Virus record (IMG/VR): IMGVR_UViG_3300018486_000049
Coordinates: 1 to 39,903 of that record
DNA length: 39,903 bases
DNA from: a virus
Lineage: Duplodnaviria; Heunggongvirae; Uroviricota; Caudoviricetes
Strand: one strand, 5' to 3'
Shown here one piece after another: positions 1 through 9,221 of this stretch (position 1 is the first letter of the stretch; each line of letters begins with the position of its first letter). A program made the translations under genes and the position numbers. The notes below the pieces were generated by a model, which saw nothing but the letters and a program-made list of their open reading frames with translations, searched no databases and was not told where the DNA came from.

Positions 1-21
1 AGACGTGTGCTCTTCCGATCT
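1..21. other. Illumina TruSeq adapter remnant at contig end (non-biological)
   Basis: Nt 1-21 AGACGTGTGCTCTTCCGATCT match, from memory, the 3-prime end of the TruSeq read-2 adapter reverse complement; the gpD reading frame continues from nt 22. Confidence 0.8.
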
Positions 22-422
22 GCTATCGAGCTGACGATTGCGCCGAGCGTGGTGTCATGCCATGACTCCTCACGACGGGAATTAAGCGTCCCGCGAAAAT
101 CCGCACCCCGGGCGCGAATGGTTACCGTATCCGGCGCCCCCCGGTGCTCTACCTCATCGACGGTAAATCGCCCCTTGCTGACCAGAGAGAAACCTTTCCA
201 CCCGAGATACAGCGACAGCACCGCACCGCGAATCGGCAATGCGACCAGACCGTCAGTATCGTCGAGCTCGATGTCGAGCTGGTCGGCCTCAAAACCCCGA
301 TTGTCCGTCATCGAGAGGTTAATCAGCCGGTCACTGATATTGCCGGTGATATCTTTGCTTTCCAGTGTCAGCATAAAGTCGGGCGTCAGCGTGGCACCCG
401 CGCCGGTGATAATATCCAGCAT
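22..422 (-). CDS. D: Tail protein D (gpD), N-terminal part only, truncated by contig end
   Basis: Minus-strand ATG at 422-420 overlapping the gpU stop; hand translation MLDIITGAGATL...SMTDNRGFEADQLDIELDD parallels the N-terminus of the complete gpD copy at 32192-33292; not in the ORF track because it has no stop in the window. Confidence 0.75.
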
Positions 423-424
423 GA

Positions 425-889
425 TTACGCCCCCACCATCGACAGCAGATCGCCAGCTTTCCCGACCAGACTTTCGGCCTGTTTTCCAATATCGCCATAC
501 ACCGCGGCGAGCGACTCATCGACACGGGTCAGTGACAGGGTGAAGCTGATTTTTCGTGGCGTCCCATCCTCAAAAAATACCGTGCCGGTCTCCGAGACAT
601 TACTGACAACAAACATCCCGTAAATCCAGCCTGAGCCAGAGATAAGCGGCCATGCGCGCCCCTGTTCAGCCATTGCATAAAGCGCCAGCATCGTGAGCTT
701 ACCGCCGGTCAGCTCAGGATACAGGTCACCGCTCAGGGTGATTTTATCTTCCCCCTCGCCGAGATACTGAAAAGCGTCACGCTTCCCGATGCGAGAGTTT
801 GACGCCCAGCTATAATCCGCGCTGCGCTGCATGCTCTGGTAGGGCAGCGTCTGACGCATAAAAACAAACATACCTAATGCCAGCATCAT
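425..889 (-). CDS. U: Tail protein U (gpU)
   Basis: 154 aa ORF, clearly homologous to the second copy at 33289-33774; sits between tape measure and D as in P2. Confidence 0.85.
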   Translation of the reverse strand: MMLALGMFVFMRQTLPYQSMQRSADYSWASNSRIGKRDAFQYLGEGEDKITLSGDLYPELTGGKLTMLALYAMAEQGRAWPLISGSGWIYGMFVVSNVSETGTVFFEDGTPRKISFTLSLTRVDESLAAVYGDIGKQAESLVGKAGDLLSMVGA

Positions 890-900
890 AATCAGTCTCC

Positions 901-3330
901 TTAGTCATGCATCATGCTTGCGCGGGCTTTGGCGCGCTTCTCGCGCTCATACTTTTCTAATGCATCCTGCAAATCATTACCCAACCGATCTCCCGGCATA
1001 CCATTGCCCGGCACGGTGATTTGATAGATTGGCCGACTCTGGTCGATGTAGGTTTTACCGGCGGGTGCCGTGACCGGCTGATAGCTGTTGTATGCGCTGA
1101 TTGCCGGGCTGTAACCGTTCTGCGTCGCTGCATTGGCTTTCGCCGCTGTCTGGTCAAGTGAGCTGGATTCTTTGTTGATAATGCCGAGTTTTTCGAGCAC
1201 CCAGTCAATCCCGCTTCGCAGCTTGTTAAAGGCGTTAAGCGGCATCAGCAGCGCATCGGCCAGCGTCTGACCGAACATAACCCCAACATCACGACAACTG
1301 TTGAGCGTGTCCTGAGTCGCTTTCACCGGCGCTATCAGGTCTTTAAACCACTGCCAGACGCCGCGAAGTTTTTCGCCGAGACCGTCGAAAATGGGTGCCA
1401 GCGGGGCGAACATTTCCCCGACCGGCGCAAAGGCACTCATGAGCCCCTCGACCACACCGGCAAAGAATGCGCTGACAGGCTCCCAGTATTTACGGATAAG
1501 CAGCGCGCCAGCGACAACAGCCGCCGCTACCGCCACGACAGGCCACGTAATAGCACCAATAGCCGCAATGACCCCGCCACTGATTGTCGTAAAGACCGCA
1601 CCAAGCGCACCAGCCGCCGAAATGATGGCGTTAATGCCAGTAATTACCGGCCACGATACAAGGCCAATGGCACCAATCATCCCCACAATACCGACAGCTG
1701 CCGCCGTAATGACACCCAGCGTGGTGGCAAGAGATTTGTTCTTTTGGATCCAGCTATCGAGCCTCAATACATACCCTGTCGTCGTTTGTACCAGCTTTCT
1801 TAATGATGACTCTTGCTGGTCAAACAGGTCGGTTCCTACCGCTTCATACGCAGACTGAAACTCTTTAAAATCGCCGCCGAGGTTATCCTGCATGACCTTC
1901 ACCAGCTCAGCGGTTTTGCCATCCGATGCTTTAAGGGAAGCGGTAAGCTGGTCTAATTTCCCGCTCGAGGCAGCGGTCATGAGTACCGCAGCCGACGAGC
2001 TGGCCTCTTCACCGAAAATGGTTTTCATATATTCGGCACGCTGGCCGGTGCCGAGGTTGTTTTTATCAAAACTCCGCTGCATTTCTTTCAGGATGGTAAA
2101 TATTGGACGTGTGTTCCCCTTACCATCAGCCGTTTTGACGCCGAGCTCTTTAATGGCGTCATACGCTTTGCCCGTTGGAGCCTGCAGGCGACTTAATACG
2201 GCACGGCTCCCCGTACCCGCCATCGATCCCGTAATTTTGGCGTCATGCAGTGCGCCGACCATTGCGGCTGTTTCTTCGATGCTGACCCCGGCATTTTTCG
2301 CCACCGGCGCGGCATAAGTCAGCGCATCACTCAGGCCGTCAAAGTCGGCGGCGGTTTTGTTCATCGTCATCGACAGAACATCACCGATATGGGCGACCTT
2401 ATCGTTTGAAAGCTGGAAGGCAGAGCGCATCCCCATCAATAACCCGGCGTTCTCTTCCATCGTTCGACGGTTTGCGAGCGCCATATCGAGTGTTACGGGG
2501 GTAGCGGCCTGAATAGCCGCAGCATCGCCGCCAGCCTTTGCAATAATAATCTGAGCACCGGCAGCATCATCAGCCGACGCGGCGGTGTTGTCACCGAGCT
2601 GGCGCGCCTGTTTGCGGAGCGCCACCATATCAGCTGAGTCTTTACCGACACCGAGAACGGCCTGTAACTCAGAGTTTTTCTGAGCAAAATCATAACCGGG
2701 CTTCATCAGTGCAACACCGGCAAGCGCTCCGGTCGTTGCCATGCCTATCCCGGCAGCGCCCATCGATGCCGCATTTCCAGCCAGTGCCTTTCCTGCCTGA
2801 TAGCGTTTTTGTACTGCGCTGAGTTTTGCCTGTTGCGCGCTGACCCGCGCCAGTGCTTCATGCTGGCGGTTAAGTTGTGCGGTAGTTTCATTGATAGAGT
2901 TTTTCAGGCGGCTTTCATCATTCGACAGATTGCGCGTATTAATCCCCGCTTTGCCGAGCTCGGTCTGTTGCCGCTTCACCGATTGGGTGAGGCTGTTATA
3001 TTTTGCCTGTAACCCTTCAGCCGAACGCTTTGCTGATTCCAGCACTCTGGCCTGTGCCGCCGTTGGCCGTTCCGTGTTTTTAAACTGCACCGCCAGCTCG
3101 GCGGCTTCCTGTTTTGCCTTTTCCAGTGCCTGTCCGGTTACCGCCAGTTGTGCGCTGGTTTTGCGAAAACCGTCGATTTTCGATGCCTGACCATTCAAAT
3201 CACGCAGGGATTGCTGAGTCGTGCGGATATCGCCAGACAGCGATTTGCTCGCCGTCTGGATCGCTTTAAAGGGTCGGGTCGCCTGGTCGACAGCTTTCAG
3301 CAGCACTTCGAGTTTGAGGTTATTACTCAT
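901..3330 (-). CDS. T: Tail tape measure protein (gpT), 809 aa
   Basis: Long Ala/Gly-rich protein with coiled-coil N-terminus and hydrophobic C-terminal third, located after E/E-prime as in P2. Confidence 0.9.
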   Translation of the reverse strand: MSNNLKLEVLLKAVDQATRPFKAIQTASKSLSGDIRTTQQSLRDLNGQASKIDGFRKTSAQLAVTGQALEKAKQEAAELAVQFKNTERPTAAQARVLESAKRSAEGLQAKYNSLTQSVKRQQTELGKAGINTRNLSNDESRLKNSINETTAQLNRQHEALARVSAQQAKLSAVQKRYQAGKALAGNAASMGAAGIGMATTGALAGVALMKPGYDFAQKNSELQAVLGVGKDSADMVALRKQARQLGDNTAASADDAAGAQIIIAKAGGDAAAIQAATPVTLDMALANRRTMEENAGLLMGMRSAFQLSNDKVAHIGDVLSMTMNKTAADFDGLSDALTYAAPVAKNAGVSIEETAAMVGALHDAKITGSMAGTGSRAVLSRLQAPTGKAYDAIKELGVKTADGKGNTRPIFTILKEMQRSFDKNNLGTGQRAEYMKTIFGEEASSSAAVLMTAASSGKLDQLTASLKASDGKTAELVKVMQDNLGGDFKEFQSAYEAVGTDLFDQQESSLRKLVQTTTGYVLRLDSWIQKNKSLATTLGVITAAAVGIVGMIGAIGLVSWPVITGINAIISAAGALGAVFTTISGGVIAAIGAITWPVVAVAAAVVAGALLIRKYWEPVSAFFAGVVEGLMSAFAPVGEMFAPLAPIFDGLGEKLRGVWQWFKDLIAPVKATQDTLNSCRDVGVMFGQTLADALLMPLNAFNKLRSGIDWVLEKLGIINKESSSLDQTAAKANAATQNGYSPAISAYNSYQPVTAPAGKTYIDQSRPIYQITVPGNGMPGDRLGNDLQDALEKYEREKRAKARASMMHD

Positions 3331-3756
3331 TCGTGTTTCCGCTTCGCTGTAGCGCTTTTTCGCGCCAGTTGACGAGTTCGGTCAGGCTCATGGGATACAG
3401 GTCTGATGGCGACCAGTGGAAAATTACCGCTATGTCAGCCATCAGGTCATCGACCGAGAGTTTTTGCGGGAAGGTTACGCCGCCTAACTCGGTGACAAAA
3501 AACCGACCACCTTACCGGCAAACGACAGCAGGTCGGGCAGCTCCAGTGCGGCGGCTTCCTGCTCGGTCAGCGACGGCATGGTCATGCGCGGCAGCACTTT
3601 AATCAGCGCATCGACGTCAGAGTTTGCGACAGATGCCAGGCTGACACCGCGAAGGGTTCCGGCACACGGTTTTAACAGGGTGACGTCGGTAATAACCTGC
3701 TCACCGCGCTTAATGGGTTTAATCAGAGTGACGATATTTTCGTTAGTTTTATCCAT
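3323..3756 (-). CDS. Tail assembly chaperone E+E-prime, produced by -1 programmed frameshift
   Basis: Slippery TTTTTTG (plus-strand CAAAAAA at 3496-3502) 10 nt before the E stop; the -1 frame stays open to a TAA at 3323-3325 overlapping the T start codon; same architecture in the second copy. Confidence 0.6.
3484..3756 (-). CDS. E: Tail assembly chaperone gpE
   Basis: 90 aa ORF between FII and T; ends just after a TTTTTTG slippery heptamer. Confidence 0.8.
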   Translation of the reverse strand: MDKTNENIVTLIKPIKRGEQVITDVTLLKPCAGTLRGVSLASVANSDVDALIKVLPRMTMPSLTEQEAAALELPDLLSFAGKVVGFLSPS

Positions 3757-3818
3757 GATATTTCTCGTTAAATTCTGGTTTCAGGATGCCCGGCCAGCCA
3801 TGCTGACCGGGGCATAAA

Positions 3819-4337
3819 TTACAGGCCGATATTTTGTCGGTGCGCCTCGAGCATGTCGGTGCCGTTCACTTTTTCGATGAGGTTCACGGTGTCGATTTCC
3901 ACCAGTTCCGAGCCATTCATCGTCAGCTTGAAATAGGTACACGCGAGAGCGATTTTCGACTCGGTGTCTTCGCCCTGTTTGGCTTCACCGAGGTCGATTT
4001 CTTTCTGACGGCCACGGAGAACAACCTCAACCGGCACGGTCTCGCCGGTGTCATCACGCTGGTAAGACCCGGCAAAACGTAGCGGTACGGAGGCCGCGCC
4101 GGTGGCAGCGTATAACGACCAGATAGCGTCATCGGGGAAGCCGCCGAGAGAGATTTCAGCCGACAGCGCATCGTCATCGAGGCCGAGGTCGACCGGTGCC
4201 GAACCATTCATCCCGCCGCCGCGATAGTTCTCGAGCTTGCGGGTTAATTTCGGCAGCGTGACGGACTGCACGACGCCGAGATAACTCACCCCATCGATAA
4301 ACAGGTTCATGAGTTTGAGCTTGCGCGGTAATGCCAT
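3819..4337 (-). CDS. FII: Tail tube protein FII
   Basis: 172 aa ORF after the sheath gene, homologous to copy at 37332-37847. Confidence 0.9.
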   Translation of the reverse strand: MALPRKLKLMNLFIDGVSYLGVVQSVTLPKLTRKLENYRGGGMNGSAPVDLGLDDDALSAEISLGGFPDDAIWSLYAATGAASVPLRFAGSYQRDDTGETVPVEVVLRGRQKEIDLGEAKQGEDTESKIALACTYFKLTMNGSELVEIDTVNLIEKVNGTDMLEAHRQNIGL

Positions 4338-4349
4338 TTGTCAGGCTCC

Positions 4350-5537
4350 TTATTTGCTGTTGACGGACGAGATAAGATTCGCCAGATATTTATCAGTAAT
4401 GCGCTGGCGTAAGGTCAGGTGTTCGAGTGGCGGCACCGGCGTATAGTCATAATCGATAAACAGTTTCCCGGCTTTCAGGGTTTCTTTACTGTTGGCCTCT
4501 TCGTCAAACCAGCACGTCGCATCGATGATGTAACCGCCGGTTTTCAGCTCGCGGAATTTCGCGTTGATGCCGTCGATAATGTCGCGAATCAACGTCGCGG
4601 TGATGGGCTTATCGTTCGCCCACATATGCCCCTCGGCTATTGTGTCGGCTATGACCTGTGCGGTGCGGGTGTAGTTCTCAAACTGAAACAGCGGGTCATC
4701 GGAGCAATTACGGTTACCCCAGAAGCGGAAACCATCGGCACGAATCAGCGTCGTAACACCGGCCTCATTCAGCAGGTCGGCATCAGTGCCAGATTCCTGC
4801 AAATCCCAGAAGACCGACGCACTGATACCGGTGACGCCATTGATGCCGACGTTTGACAGGGTTTTATGCCAGCCTGTGTCATTGTCGATTTTTGCGCGCA
4901 GTCCCAACGCGATCGCTGTTGCATAACTGGTTGTGGTCGCGTTGGCCGTGGTATCCCACCCGAGGAAGTCAGGCCAGATAATCATGAGCTCACGGGCGCT
5001 GAAGTTTTCGCGGTAGGCGATAACGTCAGCAATGGTTTTACAGCCCCACGCGCTGACATAGGCGAAAGCGCGCAGCTTCTGAGCCACGGAGACAAGCGCG
5101 GTCGCCACCTCCTGAGTATCGAGCCCCGGCACACCGAGAATACGTGGCTTCACGCCGGTGACCGCTTTCGCCGTTAACAGCGCTTTCATCCCGGTATATT
5201 TGCCATTCTCATCCGTGGTGCCGATGATGTTAGAAATGGTTTGCGCCTGTGCCTCTTCGCCGTCGCCGGTACCCTCCGCGACACGCACAACAACGACAAC
5301 CGGTTTTGACTGGTTAGCGATGAGCTGTAAGGATTTTGCCAGGGTACCTTTAGTACCGGCTTTTGCGATGGCGCTTTGTGGGTTGGTAATCAGCACCGGC
5401 TCATTGAGAGGGAAAGCCCCGGCGTCAGCATCACTGGCTGTGCAGACCATGCCAACGACCGCCGTTGATACCGTCGAGATTGTGCGGGTGCCGTCGTTAA
5501 TTTCGACGACCTCGACACCGTGATGATAATCACTCAT
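4350..5537 (-). CDS. FI: Contractile tail sheath protein FI
   Basis: 395 aa, homologous to copy at 37857-39029, classic P2 FI-FII-E-T-U-D order. Confidence 0.9.
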   Translation of the reverse strand: MSDYHHGVEVVEINDGTRTISTVSTAVVGMVCTASDADAGAFPLNEPVLITNPQSAIAKAGTKGTLAKSLQLIANQSKPVVVVVRVAEGTGDGEEAQAQTISNIIGTTDENGKYTGMKALLTAKAVTGVKPRILGVPGLDTQEVATALVSVAQKLRAFAYVSAWGCKTIADVIAYRENFSARELMIIWPDFLGWDTTANATTTSYATAIALGLRAKIDNDTGWHKTLSNVGINGVTGISASVFWDLQESGTDADLLNEAGVTTLIRADGFRFWGNRNCSDDPLFQFENYTRTAQVIADTIAEGHMWANDKPITATLIRDIIDGINAKFRELKTGGYIIDATCWFDEEANSKETLKAGKLFIDYDYTPVPPLEHLTLRQRITDKYLANLISSVNSK

Positions 5538-5601
5538 CCGTTTAACTCCGTTAGTTGAGGTGAGTGATATTGTCTGGTTTACGCCTGTATGCGGCTATTT
5601 G

Positions 5602-6180
5602 TCAGGGTTCGCCGGTGGCTGACACAACGGGATTTGTCGCCGGAAATTTTTTATACAGCGTCGATATGCCCACATCAAAAATCAGTGCAACACGCTGTCG
5701 GGATTCTCCGGCCGCAATCAACCGGCCAGCCTGAGCCCATTCATCAGGCGTCAGCTTCGGCCTACGACCTCCGATCCTGCCTTGTGCCCGGGCTGCATCC
5801 AGCCCGGCGCGGGTTCGTTCGACGATTAACTCGCGTTCCATTTCTGCAAGAGCGCCCATGATGTGAAAGAAAAATCGCCCCATCGGGGTTGAGGTATCAA
5901 TACTGTCGGTCAGGCTTCTGAAATTAACCCCTCGCTGGCGAAGCTCTTCAGTCATAGAGACAAGATGGCGCATGCTACGCCCGAGCCTGTCGAGCTTCCA
6001 GACAACGAGAGTATCACCGGCATTAAGTTGCCTGAGTGCGCGATTTAACCCTGGCCTGTTTGTCGATTTACCGCTGATTTTATCCTCGAAAATTAGCTCA
6101 CATCCCGACCGTTCCAGCGCGTCACGCTGTAGCGCGGTATTTTGTTCATTTGTTGATACGCGCACATAGCCAACCTGCAT
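5602..6180 (-). CDS. Serine recombinase, DNA invertase of the Hin/Gin/Pin/Cin family
   Basis: [13 protein letters not shown]... with catalytic Ser in the RVS motif, conserved [12 protein letters not shown] and C-terminal HTH; ATG at 6180 preferred over the TTG at 6198; adjacent to an invertible segment. Confidence 0.9.
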   Translation of the reverse strand: MQVGYVRVSTNEQNTALQRDALERSGCELIFEDKISGKSTNRPGLNRALRQLNAGDTLVVWKLDRLGRSMRHLVSMTEELRQRGVNFRSLTDSIDTSTPMGRFFFHIMGALAEMERELIVERTRAGLDAARAQGRIGGRRPKLTPDEWAQAGRLIAAGESRQRVALIFDVGISTLYKKFPATNPVVSATGEP

Positions 6181-6236
6181 TTGTTTTCCCTCATGCAAAA
6201 GCCCAAATGATGCCAGCTAGGGGGGAAAACTACATT

Positions 6237-6260
6237 TTCTTAAACGTTGGTTTAGGAGAA
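6237..6260. repeat. gix-like inversion crossover site (invertase-proximal)
   Basis: TTCTTAAACGTTGGTTTAGGAGAA; inverted copy of the half-site GGTTT(A/G)GGAGAA also at 8160-8185 and again at 39796-39819; resembles the 12-2-12 gix/hix architecture. Confidence 0.6.
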
Positions 6261-6599
6261 GCGGCTAAAAGGAATGTAGGGACAGGGGCAAATCAGATAC
6301 CTGATATGGGTAGCTTCACGCTTTCTGTTTCAGGTACTGGATATCAAAAATTACCATCAGGTTTTATTCTTCAGTGGGGCTCAATCGGCGCACCAGGCAT
6401 TGCACAGGATGTAGTAACCCATTTCCCGATTGCATTTCCAAACAGATGTCTGCGTGTTTTGGTCTCACAAGACTACACACCAGATAGCGGGGCTGTTGGT
6501 TATATTGCCTGTGCAGGTTTTAGTCCCGACCCGGTTAAATTTATATCCAGAGCCAGTACTCCTGGCCTCGGCGCTTCATTTTTAGCGTTAGGCTGTTAA
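6237..6599 (+). CDS. Alternative tail-fibre C-terminal variable segment (currently silent orientation, no own start)
   Basis: Plus-strand frame open through the crossover site reading [11 protein letters not shown]..., in the same frame relative to the site as LTYLGLGEGSA in H, so inversion would fuse it in frame to the constant part of H. Confidence 0.55.
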   Translation, partial: FLNVGLGEAAKRNVGTGANQIPDMGSFTLSVSGTGYQKLPSGFILQWGSIGAPGIAQDVVTHFPIAFPNRCLRVLVSQDYTPDSGAVGYIACAGFSPDPVKFISRASTPGLGASFLALGC

Positions 6600-6620
6600 T
6601 TTAGCTATATGGAGTGAAAA

Positions 6621-7061
6621 ATGAATTACATATATTCCGCGACTACAAACTCTTTCTATCCGCTGGAGATGAAAGAGGATTACACTCAAGCTGACTCATG
6701 GCCAGATGATGCTGTTGAAGTTGATGAGCAAGTGTATATTGCGTTTTCCGGATTACCGCCGAAAGGAAAAATCCGTATCGCTGGAGAAAATGGTTTTCCT
6801 GCATGGTCTGAAATTCCACCACCAACACATGAGGAACAGATTGCTGCAGCCGAACAGGAAAAGCAGCAACTGATTAATCAGGCCAACGATTATATGAACA
6901 GTAAACAATGGCCTGGTAAAGCGGCTATTGGTCGTCTGAAAGGTGAGGAACTGGCGCAATATAATTTGTGGCTGGATTATCTGGACGCACTGGAGCTGGT
7001 CGATACTTCCGGTGCGCCAGATATTGAATGGCCTACGCCTCCGGCAGTTCAGGCCAGATGA
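6621..7061 (+). CDS. Alternative tail-fibre assembly chaperone (silent-orientation partner)
   Basis: 146 aa ORF directly after the alternative fibre segment; its C-terminus converges on that of the minus-strand chaperone. Confidence 0.7.
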   Translation: MNYIYSATTNSFYPLEMKEDYTQADSWPDDAVEVDEQVYIAFSGLPPKGKIRIAGENGFPAWSEIPPPTHEEQIAAAEQEKQQLINQANDYMNSKQWPGKAAIGRLKGEELAQYNLWLDYLDALELVDTSGAPDIEWPTPPAVQAR

Positions 7062-7638
7062 CATCCGGCGCGGTGCTGGTATCTGTTGCCGTCACCGCGT
7101 CAATGTAATCCAGCGCAGCGTTAAGTCGGGCGGTTTCTGCCTGCGTCAGATTCCGTCCGGCCTGCAATTTCAGCTGAATCAGACTAATGGAAGCCATTGC
7201 AGTATCAATCAGTGACTGACGCTGTGCTTCTGCCGCGCCTACTGCGGCGCTATGCTGTGCCACAGTATCTGTTACCCATTTCTCACCATCCCATTCATCG
7301 TATGGCGTTAACGGGGCGATAGTGGTTGTATTTTCAGGATAATCACCCGGAGCTGTGATTTCTTTCGATTCTCCTGTTTCGGTGCTATAGATGATTTCAC
7401 CGCGATGGTCTGACACATATTCCCATGAGTTTAAATCTGCCGAACGGCAGATTGCATAACCCGCCTTATGTGTGCCAGGAGCATCTAAACAGGAATATGC
7501 AGGGATACCGACACCCACAGCAAGATATTCAGTTGATGCAGAAATATACTCCCGTGTCTCACTGTCATAGTTATAAACGGTAATCTCTCCTGCCTTTGTG
7601 GCAATAAATTTACTATTCAAGATGGCGTTATACATCAT
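7033..7638 (-). CDS. G: Tail-fibre assembly chaperone gpG
   Basis: 201 aa ORF immediately after H, start overlapping the H stop. Confidence 0.8.
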   Translation of the reverse strand: MMYNAILNSKFIATKAGEITVYNYDSETREYISASTEYLAVGVGIPAYSCLDAPGTHKAGYAICRSADLNSWEYVSDHRGEIIYSTETGESKEITAPGDYPENTTTIAPLTPYDEWDGEKWVTDTVAQHSAAVGAAEAQRQSLIDTAMASISLIQLKLQAGRNLTQAETARLNAALDYIDAVTATDTSTAPDVIWPELPEA

Positions 7639-9221
7639 GCAGCCCTCACAATGTAATTAAATGAAATATTACGTGGGCGTGTCTCTGCTGCACCGACAAT
7701 ACTGGTACTCAACCCCGTCGCTGTTCGTTTGTTATTTTTATTTCCTTCAATCAGACAGTTGTAATCATCATTACCAATTAACGAATTAGTGGCATCAATA
7801 CCGTCCGGGGACAAGGCATTAGTTGTAGAACTTAAAGTCAGCATCTCGTCTGAACTTGGAAGATTTTTTAATGGTATTTCATTGCGAGAAATACCCGCGT
7901 AAAAAAAGGACTCATGCCTGTGCGCTTCAAAAGAGTCATCCTGAAGACTTAGCAAGGCACGTCCCGCATCCACACCACGCCCGTCATCCCAGCCACGAAT
8001 AAACTCACCACGTAAATCAGGCAATTTATTTGTCGGATAAGCCTTTGCCAGTTCCGGGTATTCTTCAGCAGAAAAAGCGGCACCGTTGCATTTCAGCCAG
8101 CCTGTTGGCGGAGTGGCGGAAGGCCACGGAACAGGCACGCCAACGGGTAATGCCGAACCTTCTCCCAAACCAAGGTATGTGAGAAGACCAGCTACATCCT
8201 TTCCACTCAAATTGGTAAGCGTATTGTCCAGCGGTTGTTTACCTGCCAGCGCATTAAGCATTGTCGTGGCAAAGTTCGGATCATTCCCCAGTGCCGCCGC
8301 CAGTTCGTTCAGTGTATCCAGTGCAGCAGGTGCAGAACCCACCATTCCTGCAATCGCCGATTTCACAAAAGCCGTAGTGGCAATCTGTGTATTGTTGACC
8401 GACTGCGCCGCCGTGGGGGCTGTTGGCGTTCCGGTGAGTGCCGGACTCGACAACGGTGCTTTTAGTGCCAGCGCATTGTTAATGGTGGTACTGAAATTCG
8501 GATCATTGTTAATGGCTGCGGCTATTTCTTTCAGCGTGTCCAGCGTGGCTGGCGCACCATTAATAAGGGCCGTCAGTGCCGCCTGTACAAACGCAGTGGT
8601 CGCAACCTGCGTGGTATTATTCCCCGCCGCTGGCGTTGGCGCTTTGGGGGTTCCGGTAAATGTCGGGCTGGCTTTTGGCGCGTACTGTGAATGCGGGTCC
8701 GGTGCGGCAAGATGTTTTGCCATCTGATCATCCGCGTAAACCTTCAGCTCCAGTGCCTTGTCATCCACATACTTGCGGGTTGCCAGCACTACAGCAGGGT
8801 CGATTTTCAGGGTGATATTGTCCGTGCTGCTGGTAATCAGCACCATGCGCACGGTCTGAGTGCGCCCGCTACCTTCAGCCAGTTGCGGCTTATAGCTTTC
8901 CGGGCAGTTGCCCACGGCAATCAATGCCCCGGACTCATCAAACAAGCCCACTTCACGTATCCACCAACCGCCCTCGTTTTCAGGGATCACCTGTTCGGCA
9001 ATAATCTGGCTGCTGTTCTGCGGGTCGATATAAAGCATATTCAGCGCAGCCCGGCGTTTCTCATTTACCAGTGCCGTCTGCTTTGCGTCCGGCGTTGGCA
9101 ATACTCCACCGCCATCGCCCACCGCCATATGGGTAATTTTTAGCGGCACACCGAGCGCGGCGGCGCTGGCAAGTTTCGCCGCGCCAATATCCGTCAGCAG
9201 GGTATAAAATTTTGTGCTCAT
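7635..9221 (-). CDS. H: Tail fibre protein gpH (constant N-terminal part plus invertible C-terminal part)
   Basis: 528 aa, Ala/Thr/Asn-rich with an internal tandem repeat; crossover site inside the gene at 8160-8185. Confidence 0.85.
   Translation of the reverse strand: MSTKFYTLLTDIGAAKLASAAALGVPLKITHMAVGDGGGVLPTPDAKQTALVNEKRRAALNMLYIDPQNSSQIIAEQVIPENEGGWWIREVGLFDESGALIAVGNCPESYKPQLAEGSGRTQTVRMVLITSSTDNITLKIDPAVVLATRKYVDDKALELKVYADDQMAKHLAAPDPHSQYAPKASPTFTGTPKAPTPAAGNNTTQVATTAFVQAALTALINGAPATLDTLKEIAAAINNDPNFSTTINNALALKAPLSSPALTGTPTAPTAAQSVNNTQIATTAFVKSAIAGMVGSAPAALDTLNELAAALGNDPNFATTMLNALAGKQPLDNTLTNLSGKDVAGLLTYLGLGEGSALPVGVPVPWPSATPPTGWLKCNGAAFSAEEYPELAKAYPTNKLPDLRGEFIRGWDDGRGVDAGRALLSLQDDSFEAHRHESFFYAGISRNEIPLKNLPSSDEMLTLSSTTNALSPDGIDATNSLIGNDDYNCLIEGNKNNKRTATGLSTSIVGAAETRPRNISFNYIVRAA
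8160..8185. repeat. gix-like inversion crossover site inside the fibre gene
   Basis: TTCTCCCAAACCAAGGTATGTGAGAA; inverted partner of 6237-6260. Confidence 0.6.

Larger units (their letters stand above)
6237..8185. other. Invertible tail-fibre segment (Mu G-segment-like DNA inversion switch), about 1.95 kb
   Basis: Bounded by inverted crossover sites 6237-6260 and 8160-8185; holds the variable fibre C-terminus plus chaperone on the minus strand and an alternative pair on the plus strand; invertase gene directly adjacent. Confidence 0.6.

Noticed and set aside
7-623. Plus-strand ORFs 7-543 and 144-623
   Set aside because: Antisense to the gpD/gpU coding region, Arg/Ser/Pro-rich composition typical of GC-rich antisense frames, and partly overlapping the adapter.
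1391-2317. Plus-strand ORFs inside the tape measure gene (1391-1858, 1892-2317)
   Set aside because: Antisense frames of a GC-rich Ala-rich gene; low-complexity Ala/Thr/Pro strings with no start context.
5538-6236. Defence or accessory cargo expected at the P2 Z/fun position between fibre genes and FI
   Set aside because: In both copies this slot holds only the DNA invertase gene; no additional ORF is present.
8086-9143. Plus-strand ORFs 8086-8727, 8235-8465 and 8691-9143
   Set aside because: Antisense to tail fibre H; low-complexity or Cys/Arg-rich composition.
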